NCBI GenBank assembly: GCA_051362555.1
Contig: CM120646.1
Coordinates: forward strand, 21,204,001 to 21,268,000
Length of the DNA: 64,000 nt
Origin: Lingula anatina
Taxonomy: Eukaryota; Animalia; Brachiopoda
Direction: 5' to 3'
How positions within the stretch are numbered: the first letter of the stretch is position 1; the number at the start of each line of letters is the position of its first letter. This document shows positions 38,401 through 51,000 of this stretch, one piece after another. Below the pieces are notes generated by a model. That model saw only the letters and a program-made list of their open reading frames with translations, had not been told where the DNA came from and searched no databases. The translations under genes were made by a program, and so were the position numbers.

Positions 38401-40375
38401 ATAATTTTTTTTTTTCATGTCGGGTATAAATTGAAAGGAAACATTAGCTTTGCTGCTATTCATCTACTTTACTTATGAGACAGATAGACCAGTTCATATT
38501 TCAGCATTCTGTTTTAGGTCTTCAATTATAATATTTACATTTATCAATTTCTTGTACTATTGATTCTATTAGACCAAAAATAATGAACCTGTATTTGAAG
38601 TAAATGTAGTCAATAGGCGGTTTCTGTGTAAAAAAAAAAAAAAAAAAAAGCAGCCCCGAACTCCCAGTTTCAGGGCCAAAGGGCCCCTTTTCTTCCAATA
38701 TTTTTCTTAGCAACTTGTATTCATATCAAATATGAATGTCTTGTTCACTCTAGTGATTCGGCCCAAACCTGTGCCTCCCCAGCGCCTGACCTTACAGATA
38801 TTGCCAAGGGGGAAGTCGAGAAGGTGAAAGACCTGGACCTCTGCATCCCTGTGAACTGCTCAGCAAAAAGTTCCCAAGAGTAAGTACAACTTGAGTTCAT
38901 CCTGAGTTGAGAGGTCACTAAAACTGTTTTTTTTTTTTTTATTTCTTTCATCAGCGTGCAATTTGAAATAAGATTTGTGGAAGACTGTCTGCAAAGTGCT
39001 CAAAAAACCTAGCTCCTAGGAGTTAGTAGAAGACTAAACAAACTGTATTCGCCTGGTGATTTCTGCAGTCAGGCAACTAGAATTTAAGACAAAGGCAAGC
39101 GTTTGCTAATGAACCACTTGCCCAATGTAAATTGGATGTTATAAAGCACCCCCCCCCCCCCCCACCACCACCACCACTATTTGATTTTGTTTTTGCCCCT
39201 TACTTCCCCACAACCTCCCAAGTCTTTTAAAAATTGATTTTGGATTGGGGCAAGTAGAATTTTAGATGGCTTGTCAAGCTCTGAAGTGGATTGTCCTGAG
39301 TTCCCAAGTTTACTGAAGACTCCCCTCTGTTGTCAGGGTGCTTCTGTTGTTAGAGCTCTCCTGACGGTGGAGGAGAGATTTCAGTTAACTCTGTACCACA
39401 GGGCTAAGCACATGGAAGTAGAAGTTAGAACTATTGGATAAAGTTTTTACTGTAACATCTGTGGTTAACTTGATAATAGAAGAGTTTTAATGATTTGAAA
39501 GTGACTTTCTTGATTATTTCCATTGAATTTTTGTTAATGTTGTTGCTATAATCATTATTTTGCAAGCTTCACCACTACCGGTAAGTGTTATACCTGTTAT
39601 TAAATTAATCTTTCATTTATTGTAGTGTGTTCATTCAATCTTTTTCACGTTTATTAAAAAATTTAAAACTGTATCTTAACGTATTCCAGCTCCTGTTTCT
39701 CAGTGGCAGGGTGCAGTTGGTGCTCTCTGGGTAAAAGAGGAGAAACCTTAGCATCCCCTTTCTGTGCTAGCCAGTCTGTATGTTACTTTGGAAAACTGGC
39801 CCAGGATCAGCCCTGCACCTCTGGTATGTATTGTGTGCACATGCACAAACTCTCACACATGCTCACGCTCAAACTTACACAACTTTTATTTACTTATAAA
39901 AAAGCAAAAATTCTGGGCATAGCTAGTCGAAATGGTTCACTCCTTTTGTTTATGTTGAAAAGAAAGTCAACCTAAAACAATTTTAATTTATTATAATTGT
40001 ATTCATTAATGATAATATTATAGATTTATTTATCCTGATCCCATTACATTTCCAGGTACCTGCTCAGATCCTGATGGTGGAACACAAACATCAGGTGAAA
40101 ACAATGCAGGGGCCGTAGCTGGGGGAGTCATAGGGGCAGTTATACTACTTATCTTAATTATCATCATATTCATGTTATACAAGAAAGGAAAGATCTGTGC
40201 ATCCAAGCCCAGGACACCAAGTAATGTGAACAGCCCCGGCTCCAATAACTTGGCTTTCTCTGATATAACCTCCCCCCCTGTGAACCCCTCTGCTCCGCCC
40301 TCCTTTGGACATGTTGGCGTGGACCCCCCACCAAGTTACACAGAGGTCTATCAGCAAGGGTTCACTTATAAGTAA
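27149..40375 (+). CDS. CACHD1-like: Gene C: tandem copy of the VWA/Cache membrane protein, 23 coding exons; D-like 5' end and B-like body
   Basis: Exons: 27149-27295, 28304-28366, 28653-28814, 29361-29578, 30156-30315, 30807-31029, 31631-31756, 32148-32227, 32542-32680, 33067-33340, 33623-33734, 34150-34312, 34577-34713, 35540-35706, 35924-36034, 36356-36478, 36690-36789, 37010-37105, 37364-37498, 38127-38245, 38754-38879, 39690-39823, 40056-40375. Near-identical to B at an offset of about 17.8 kb; no frameshift seen. Confidence 0.9.
27358..27588. repeat. About 230-bp insertion with (GT)n/poly-G in coding intron 1 of C (D copy at about 45245-45458), absent in B
   Basis: Alignment of B 9545-9563 with C and D. 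Confidence 0.6.
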
Positions 40376-41889
40376 CAGCGCTTTTTTTTTCATCTTCAAA
40401 TTTCTTATAGACAGGTGGTATGATTAGGATGTGAGAGACAGAGCACTTGGCTTAAGCATCACTTGCACTTTACAAGTCTTGCCATTTCCTGATAATTTTA
40501 TCTGAAATACTGGTATCAGGTGTGTATACGGGATTGCAATGAAATTGCTTAACGTAGGTACATGTTCCTCACGTTGTATAATGTGATTTATTCATCACAA
40601 TTCAGATTTAAGATAGGACAACAAATGACTCGCCCAAGTCACATTCCAGACGTGTTAATGTGATATTCAATACAAATTCACATTCCAGATGTGATAACAT
40701 GATTTTCATCCCAATTCACATTCCAGATGTGATAACTTGATTTTCATCCCAATTCACATTCCAGATGTTATAACATGATTTTTATCCCAATTCACATTCC
40801 AGATGAGCAAAAACACTGCTATTTATCTCTTTATGTTCTTTGTATTACATATATTTAATTATTAACTATTTTTATAGGATATTATTATTATTATTATTAA
40901 TACTCAAGAGAAGTGAAGTGAGAACTGAATCTCTATGCATTATAATTTCCATTTAACACAGTGTTGAGCATTATTTACATCTTTGTCGAATATACTTTTT
41001 CTTCTATACAAAAGAAATATCCATTGAAAATATTCATGTTTTCTCAAAGAATACCCCACTCTGCCTGAAATGAGATTTTAGACTATATATTAAAACATAT
41101 CATGTAACTGTCATTGAAATTGTTCAACTCATCTGGAACACTGTTCATCATTATCATTTTGAAACCAGATGGAGAAACTAAGCAGTTCAGAAATGATGCA
41201 TATCTGTATGGAAAAATATTGCATAATATACAGACATCACAGGCATTGTGAATATCTGAATATATGTGTCTGAATATAATTTTTACTGGATTTATTTTAC
41301 AAAAAAAAGTTAACTATGACAAATTTGTCCTAACAATGAGAACCCCTGCTGTAAACCAAGTAAAAGAAAAAAATGTTATTACTGGAAGAATTATTTATGC
41401 TGTATAAATTATTTATAGTATCACCTTGACCTTGGAAGAAATGATTTTTGCAGTGTTCTTATCAGTCAAGGTAAAAACAGTTTCAGTCTGTATCTGTGTG
41501 TATGTGTTTACAGTTTATATTTATAATGTTATACACTGGGACAGGTAAGAATGGTTTTATTGGCCAATGACAATTTTTTCCTCTGTCTTAGACCTCTTTT
41601 TCTTTTGCTCAAGTAACAGCCATTTCAATTTTTTTTTTAATTTGATAATGTAAGCTTTAATTACTCCAGATGTTTTATGCTGGGAACTTTTATGGACACA
41701 CTATGCAATGTACAATATCCTAGATGTATTTTGGAAATAATTTTCTGCATTAATATGGTATATACAATTTCTTTAATAAAGTAGTAATGATGGGCACCTT
41801 CTTTATCCTATACTATTGTTATTAAAATATTTGTTTTATTTACTTACACATTTCCTTGCTGACTCAAATCCAACTTGTATTCAGGATTT

Positions 41890-42805
41890 TAATAATAATA
41901 ATATGTATTTATTTGCAACTTAAAAAGTTGGATTTTACAATAAAAACAAATAGTCGTGAGATGCACAATCTTAAAATATACTTGCAAGTTTTAAAATGAT
42001 TCGATACACATTAAAAATTCATAAAAAACTCAGTTCTTAAAATTAGATAAAGCCCATGGGATAAAAGTTTTTGACAATCGTGCAGTCCTCAATTTTGGCA
42101 CAGAGTACTTATAAACCCGGCGCAAAGTGTAGGAACTTTCATTTATCTCTGGTAGCAAATGATTGATTTTGTGTCCTTCAGAGTACATGTTATGCAATAA
42201 TGTTTTAGATAGTACATCTCTTCTACAAGCAAGAGTGATAAGTTTACATGTTTCAAGTGCCCCATCGTAGGACAGCTCTGGGAATATAATCTTACATGCT
42301 CTAATCTGAATGGATTCAATTTTATCAATTTGTTGTTGTGTAAGACCTGGGTGCCACACCTGACATGCATATTCTAATGTAGGTCTGATTACTGATGTAT
42401 AAAAGCTTACAAGTTCATTGGTTGGAATACCCGCTCTTTTCAGAAGCTTAAGATTGTGTAGCCTTGTACTTGCCTTTTTACAAATATCACAGATGTGACC
42501 TTCCCAGCTCAAATCACTACTGATCCTAACCCCTAAGAAGACAGCAGACCCCACTCTCTCAATCCTTTGATTATCTACTAGCAAGGGTGTAGTTTAGTGT
42601 TCTTTTTTGGAGAAATCAAATATGATCTCTTTGGTCTTGGTAGTATTTATTGTTAGTTTATTAGCATGGGACCAGAGAGTAAGTTCTGTTGTTGCATCAG
42701 GGAGATTGTCCTGCAGTTTGGTATTCCCATAGCTTAGAATTGTGGTGTCATCTACATATTTGAATGTCACATTTGGTGCTCAGATCATTAGTCATAATGA
42801 CAAAT
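41890..42805 (-). mobile_element. Duplicate of the LINE fragment, carried in the segmental duplication
   Basis: ORF 42030-42584 ending KTFIPWALSNFKN*. Same truncation point and flanks as 24087-24955, but lacks the two small deletions of that copy. Confidence 0.9.
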
Positions 42806-44278
42806 AAAACTGGATTTTCATGTCATATTTTTGACAGATGAGAAACAATTTTTTTTTGTTCGTTGGCATAATAATCAATTATTTGGATTTCCTGGAGAAA
42901 GTGCCTTACTTTTACATTTGCTTTTGTTGGTGCAAATAAATCTGTAAAATCTTGAAATGTTTCCTTTTAATCTGCATTACCAATAGATAAATGAAAGACA
43001 CTGTAAAATTAAAAATAACAAGTTTATTAATTTAACATGAAGCAATAACATTTGTACAACACAATTATGTAACTTTGTGACAGAGATAGAAGTGAACTTA
43101 TTATAATGATGGCAGCATGATTTTTTGCACAACTTATTTTAATTAGAAACAATATAGTGCGAGTTAAAATTTGATACTACAAATGTCATATTTCTCCTTC
43201 CAAAAAGGCTTTATTCTGAAGATGTTCTTTTTATATCACAAAGTTGATAAATTAAATGCTAAATTAAATGCTAAATACAAAATGTATTTAATAATATACT
43301 TATTAAGTCAATTTAAATGATTTTTACTAAGTCTTCTTAAATGAATCTTAATATTTGTATAAATTAGAGTTGATATAAAAGCATAGTGAGTCAGTGGCAT
43401 CACTGCCCCTAGTGTTCTGCTGTATGCTTAAGCTTTGACTGGCACATAAACATACAGTATTTTAAAACAAGCTAGTAATTTCAAGTTTCTAGGTGACTTC
43501 TTTAAGTTTTTAATCGTATTCTTCCAATCTAAACAAAGAAGTGACATTTCTCATTTAACAATTTTTATATATGTCAATGAACATCTGGGTACATATTAAA
43601 AAACCGGTTCTTTGTGGACACGCCCCCTTCTGTTCTTTATACAACTTACGCAACTTATCCATGCGAAAAACAAATAAAAATAAAGATACCACGTACATAT
43701 CTTCTCCAAATGACTTGCTCTTTTTGAGAATCAAAAATATGGAAGAGGTTTCCCTTTCAAATGTCGAAATTGATGCAGTTACGGACTGCTAGTCTATGCT
43801 GATCACAATTTCGCGGGGATTATAGCGTCATTAGCGATGACCTATTTATATACGACCTTCACATTAACGGCCATCTTGTGACGTCATGCCGACTGTAAGA
43901 ATACGCATTTGTTTGCTTGTTGTCGTCCATAATTTAAAAGTAAAATATGCGGGGGAAAATGCCAGTTCTTTTATACGTTTGACACTCAGTTATCAGCGCA
44001 TTGAGAATAACGGATGCAAGGATTTTTAAAGTTGGAATTTTTATGGGAATTTAACGCTTTCCCCACCCGGATGTACAGGTAAAGGGTCATGCGAATGCGA
44101 GGCATTGTCACCGATTCAAGGTGTGTTTATAAATAATGACATGTTGCATACTGTACATAATGTCCGGGATGCCTTTGAGCAAACCATACTACAAAAGGGG
44201 GCTGATTAGGGACACGTACATATATCCTAACTGCTTGGTGACTGTCAGATACTCGTACCGTGTACTCTGGTATATGAC

Positions 44279-44753
44279 CCCATGCACGGTGTGACTGAAA
44301 TACGCAATACAGCGCAACACAGTGCAATACACTTCAAAAATCAAATCCAGTTGCAATTACACAAAAGAAATGACCATTCCCAGCAAGGCAGGGTGGTATA
44401 AAAACAACCTTACCTTACTAGGTAGGTAATATCGTTGATATAACTCAACAAATCAGCAAGACTTTTATATTGTCCGGTTGGCAGCCATGTTGGTGAGTGG
44501 CTCTTCTTGGATATATTACTGGCCAAGAAGAGCTACTCGCCAACATGGCGACTGACCAAACAATGAAAAAATTGCCAAGTTGTATCAGCAATATTAATTA
44601 CTTAGTACTATATTTTGCTTTTATATCGCCCTATTTTATTTGAGATTACCCAATCCTGTGTTTACTTGCAACTGGACTTGTGTTATCAAGTCTATTGCAC
44701 TGTGTTGCGCTGTATTGCAGTGTATTGCGCATTTCAGTCACACCCGTCATGGG
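44279..44753. mobile_element. Same MITE family at the same site upstream of gene D, in the opposite orientation
   Basis: CCCATG...CATGGG termini with TATATG on both flanks. Interior is the reverse complement of 26438-26865, with an extra central hairpin. Confidence 0.9.
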
Positions 44754-45035
44754 TATATGCATGGAGTTTGCCTAAAATTGAGACTTAAAAGCTGGAATTA
44801 AGACAAATCTAACATTAAGTTATCATTTATGAGAGCTGGCACTGTAGCTGCCTTTGTTTACTCATTGGGTAATTCATGAACTTATAATGTCTCTTTATGC
44901 ATAAAATTTTATGTATAGGATTAATTTTAAATATGAAATAAATCAAATCAAAATCAAATCCAATAATTTTGTTGTTTCAGTTAACATCAAACAAGTTTCA
45001 GAAGACAACACAAGACATCACATACAAAAAAGAGT

Positions 45036-47939
45036 ATGTCTGGAGGAATGTTCCATATACTGACAATAACCATATTGGCCATATTAACTGTGTCAAGTGG
45101 AGCCACATTAATTGATGGTGGGATATTAGGACAGGTGTTAAGGGAAATAGCTAATGATGCACTGGGGGTAGAAGAAATGCAGGTGAGACATTCTGTGGTT
45201 ACTTTGGTTTTATATATTTTTAACAGAAATGATGGTACCATCCTAAGGCAATGGAAGTGGGTGTGGGGGGGGGGGGGGGCAAGTATATCTCCTGAATAGA
45301 GGCTATTCACCTGGATAGCCTCATTCCTTGATGAAGCTGCTGAGACTGTTAGACATCAAAATATTGGAAGTAAATTATGTCAATATTAAACTGTTGATTA
45401 AAGAAAAATACATTACGGACTGTATTTTGCAATATTTAGGCCACCAGCCTATACATAGCAATTTTCAATAACAGTAACAGGAGCTACATGTATTCCATCA
45501 GTACCCTGAGAGTTTGATTATTCATGCTACTTTTCCAAGAATTGATAAAATTAAAAGATAAGAGGTTGATGTATGTAATTTAGGTTAATGTAGGTGTGAG
45601 TCATCTGATGTGGTTACTGAATGATTATATGGAGCATAATGCCATATATTTACATGACATTGTATTTCATTTAAAAAGACACACAATTGGACTTAATGGC
45701 TTTACAAGACTGCTAAAAAAAGCAGATAGAAATAATTAAATCTGACAATTAAAATGATGTATAAAAGACATATAAACTTTAAATTTTGCCCTGAAAAACA
45801 AAGTAACATTATTTTATATTATTACAAAGAAGCCAAAAATTGATTATTGTTGCCTAAAATTTGATAATTGATGCTAGAAGAGTGTAGATAATGTGTGTTT
45901 TAAAATTTAATTAAATAAATTTTCACTTTAAAACTTAAAATATTGTTCAATAGCTTAAATAAGAAAGTGGGCACAATCAATTAAATGTAAACATTTTTCA
46001 GAATAAATATGCGAAATAATTTTCTGCTTGTTTTATATATATGGACAAAAATTTAGGCAACAGTAAATAATCAGGGAGATAATTCTAAAAAATGTACAAA
46101 TTAGATTTTAAATGATCACATAGAATGTTTTTATGTTATTATTTTGATTAAAATCTTTTACTTTTCAGGCAGAATATGACAAAGTGTCATATAGAGAAGA
46201 TGCTATTGATGGCCCAGGGAATATTAGAGAAGTAAATATTTGGGAGTTGTTTGGTACACAGTACCACTTGGTCAGAACTCTTTTAATTTTTTTAAAATAA
46301 AAATTTGCCATTTGAAGACCTGTTGACCAAAAAAAAGCCGACAAAGTTTTCATATAAATTGTATAGTTACACAAATCACCAATCCTGATAATTCAGGCTC
46401 TGTCAGTAAATTGTAACCACCATCATGCCCATGGCAACGTTACTTCAAATTATGCCTTGTAATCTCATTACACCAATCCTCATATATATGTTTTCCATGT
46501 ATTGAAATTTTATTCAGCTTGCCAATTCACTGAGAACCAAGTTCCAAGGTCCGATTTCTGCACTGACCAAGATCAAAGATGCCATTGAAGATGACTACGC
46601 CAGCTTTTCCAGTGTCAGATCTATGACACAGTGCTGCCAAGTGGTGGAAGCTACTTATGACAAGAGGTTTAGTCAGGAGGTTTGTGATGTACACATACAT
46701 GTGCAAACATGGGCATATATACATATGCAGGGGCAGATATTCACAAATCACACATATACAAAGTTTACACTAATGCACAAAACACATGAGTATGCATGTG
46801 TACATATGCACGTATTTGAAAAATTTTATTTTCAAAAATTGACAGGTCAACTTTGACAAGGCTTGTGTGACAGTAGCAGGCCAGAGTTCAGTGAATAAAA
46901 AATTCCCTACGGCAAGGGTTGTGGAAGTGATGAAGGAAAACATCCGCATCAATCCAAATCTGAAGTGGCAGTACTTTGGAGGAGAAGATGGTATACTTCT
47001 TAATTATCCTGCAGTGAAACCCACAGGTGTGCCTGACTGTGATAGTTATGATCCAAGGTTCAGGTAAGTAACTTAATGTCTGACTTAAAATTTCAGGTTG
47101 TTGAGGACAATTTGTATGTGAAATAAGTGAGTTTTCTGATTTTCAACATTTAATTAATATCACTGAAACATGTTATGTTTATAACTTTTACAATGGAAAA
47201 TGTAAAACATCAGAATCTTCCACTTACATTTGCAAAGGCAAAAGATATAGAGATGGATTTTTGATGGGCCATCATGATCATGGACATGTTCAAAAATCAT
47301 TTTTAAAATTTAATGTCTTTGTATGCTGTGTTTGAATGCCTGAGTAAAGTGAAATTGGCATTAAGGAAAATAAAAGAGAATATTAAGTAGGGGTATTCTG
47401 AATGCATCTCATGGAGCTTTATTATCTCAAGTTGATGATTTGAAGAAAAAATCACTGCTTTTACAAAATATATAATTATGTCAAATTATGCAAAATTTTG
47501 TGACCTTTTGTATAATTTTGTATTTTTTTATTATTTGTTTGGATTGGTATATACAAACTAGGTATTTAGACAAAAACACAAAGAGACTATATTTTACAGT
47601 GTTAGAAATTAAAAGTTTATAATTTCAGGCCATTCTATGTGTCTGCAGCCACTCCAGTTCCCAAAGACATTGTGGTTGTCATAGATACATCAGGATCCAT
47701 GACAACATATCACAACAGCAAGACACTGCTCCAGATTGCCAAAGATGCTGCAAGAACTGTTGTGGAAACCTTGAGTGCAAATGACAGGGTGTGTCAGACA
47801 AGTTTTCATTTAATCTTTTTAATTGATAATTTACTTGTGTGGGGATGTCTGCATACTTTGTTGAGTCTGTTTTCAGAGCATTCCCAACAAAGAACTTACA
47901 GGGATGTGATTTTTCTGATTTTTCCAGATTTTCGTCATT

Positions 47940-48006
<67 letters not shown>

Positions 48007-51000
48007 TTTTAACTTTTCTGGCATAATTACACAACAAAATCAATTTTCAGGTTCACTCTTATTTTAATCATAGTCTTCAGTGCTCTGACTTTTATTATCT
48101 TTCTACAGATTGGATTAGTGTCGTTTTCCTCGGCTGCGTACACGCCAGTGCTGTCAGAGAGCACCTGTTATACCACGTCTCTAGCTGCTGCCACGCCTCA
48201 AAATGCCAAGAACTTGAAAAAATACATTGATAGTCTGAGGGCAGTCGGAGCAACTAATTACCAAGCCGCTATGGAAAAAGCATTCTCTTTATTCAATAGT
48301 TCTGAGAATTCCTTTAAAGGTGAAAAAAGAAGTAGGTTCAATCATTCAATCTTCCATTCATCTCTGCCTGTCCTGCCCACGCTAGCGAGTGGCATTCACA
48401 GACTACTCCACGCTTGATGATTTTGTGCCACTTGTGACAGCCTTCTGCTTGGTGCCATCTTTTGAGCTTTGCTTCGGTATTTCATTACTCTTTGCCTTCT
48501 GCTGTCAGACAAGCTGCCCATAATTGTAGGTCCTGGGGGTTACTGAGATTCAGCGTGCCATGGATCTTGAAAAGGTGCTCGGGCAGTAAGGGCGCTTTTT
48601 GTTGGCCTGGTTCTCCCTTGTGGCGTTTCATGCCTCCTATAATGGACTTGAGCTCCCAAGAAGTAAGCGGGTTTCCCCAAGTCGAACACCATGTGTAAAA
48701 TTCTGACTATGTTAAGATATTGGCGGACGGTTGATACTGCACAAGATCGTGCCAGATACGCTGCATATCGACAGACATTTTCTTGTGAAATGGGAATTGG
48801 CGCACAGTTGATAGCTCTGCAGAACTTAACGAAAGCTCTTAAGTGAGACCTGTATGCAGCTTTGGTGGAATGAGCAAAAAGTTGTGACTTCCAAAACGCC
48901 ACCTCCCTGTCTAGTTCTCTTCTGAGCTGTATGGCAGTGATCCCTGTGAAGACAAAAATTTAAGAGAATCTTCAGACATGTGATGATGAAGGCAGTATGT
49001 AGGAGGTGGAGTTGAAAGCAGTGAGTCAGCAATGTAGTTATCAGTCCCTGCAATATGGGTGGCAATGACTGAAAAGTTGTAATGTATTGCTAAGTATGCG
49101 AGTTCTTTCAGTAAAGAGTTGCACATGATGTTGGGGGAGGCTCCTTTGTTCAGTATTTCCATTGCTACTGTACTGTCTGTATAAATAACAACACGCTTAT
49201 TACGCCAGGCTTTGCCCCATCGATAGGCTGCTAGAACTGCTACGGCGAGTTCCTTAACATTGATATGCTGGACGCTTAATGCTGCACTGTCCGCTTGCCA
49301 ATTGATATAAAACCAGTCACCGTAGTGGAACGCTCCTGCGGAATTACTGGCATCCGTGAATGCGTGGACCTGCTCGCGCGTGTCCCAGATTAAGCGGGTA
49401 TTATTCCCTGCCCATAACCACTTAAGCCACCAGTCGATTTCCCCATATATAGTTTGTAGCCTACATTTGTGCGATGGTTGCTGTAACATTGATAAAGCGT
49501 TGAAAATTGGCCGCAGGTGTGTCCTGCCCCAGGGTATTACGTTAGCTGCCCACAATAACCTCCCAGCTAATGACTCCAATTGTCTTTTTGAGGCTCGTGT
49601 GCGAAGGCGAAAGTTTTTAAGTGTCCGGCAGAGATCATGCACTTTACTTTGCTCTAAAGCTAGTGTACGGACCGATTTTGATGAAATTTTCAGGAACTGT
49701 CAGAAGTGGGCAAGGAAGACAATGATTAGTTTTTGGTGGTGGTCCGGATCAATAATCAATCAATAATAATAATCAACAATTGCTGTCTTGGCAGAGGTCT
49801 GCGCTCTTGGAGTGCTTTTCTAGTTTTGTTATGTTTTCCTTTTTAATTTTTTCTCAAACACTGGCATTTGTGACTTTTAACTCTCATCTGCCTGAGGCTC
49901 TGCACATTTTCTATATTTCCACATAAGCAGTTGTATTGTTTTTTATGTCTTTAAACATTATGTAATATTATTTTATGCACTGTCATCATTTTTCAAATAT
50001 TGAGACTTTCATTATGAGAATTTGAACTCTCATGGTCCTGAAACTGTAATCTTACTGAAGGGGTGGATTGAGACCATCTTCTGGGTCTTCCGGAAGACGG
50101 TCAGGTTATTAAGTTTATATTGACTGGTATCCATTATTTTTTCTTTTGGAAGACCATCAAAATAGAGGATGGATCAACAAAGATACTTTGGAATACTGTC
50201 AGAAAATATCTCAGGGTCCGCTCCTGTTATTGACCATGTTACCTGTTGTGCATGATTAAAATTCAGTGTTGACTGACAGTGCTATTATAAGCATCATTTA
50301 TTATTGCATCAAAACTGACAAAATGACCTTTTTTGCATCTTTATTTTCTGTTTTTTGTCTGTACATTTGACAGCTTTGCTGCCTTGTTTAAATTTCTGAC
50401 TGCATATTATGATGTGTTGTTACACAGAATTACTTTTTTTTTTTTACAAAATTTACAATGTTTTGTTAAATATTAAAATTGTAAGCTAGATGAAAGAATT
50501 TTTTAATTTAAATTCTGTGTTGCAAAGTATAGTTTAACTGATGCTGTCACGTGTTTTCTGTGTAAATAGAGTGCAGTATATTTGAAAATCCACAGTGATA
50601 AATTTCAAGAATAGTGCTTTCATCTCATATTCATATTTGTGTTTCATTATTATGTATATTTTTATGTACAGACACAGATGTGTCTGTACATATTGCCATC
50701 ACCTGCGTCTGTTGTCGCCGTCGTCGCCGATGGCGATGCCGATGCCGATGCCGATGCCGTGCACTTTCCTTGTAAACACGATAAGTGGAACACAGTTTTA
50801 TTTTTTGCTTTTATATTTACAGAGCTGGTGAATATTCATAAAACGCAGGTCAAGTTCGAAAATCAGCATGATCGGGCCATTATAGTAGAAGTTATGCTGT
50901 TTTTTCACTTTTCAGCATATATACAACCCTGTAAACACATTTAAAGGAAAACCGTTAAGCCTGTTGTCATGAAACTCACAGGAGTAATCAATCTTACTAA

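Larger units (their letters stand above)
26067..43904 (+). repeat. Tandem segmental duplication unit 2 (about 17.8 kb)
   Basis: Colinear with unit 1, including introns, 3'UTR, LINE fragment and spacer. Confidence 0.88.

Noticed and set aside
11050-40375. B and C as a pure assembly duplication
   Set aside because: They differ by SNPs, indels and microsatellite lengths and have distinct 5' ends. A haplotype mis-join cannot be fully excluded without reads.
48540-48902. Dedicated recombinase that flips the MITE upstream of C and D
   Set aside because: Only the N-terminal part is present, with no catalytic R-H-R-Y region. It belongs to a retrotransposon fragment, and no link to the MITE is visible.
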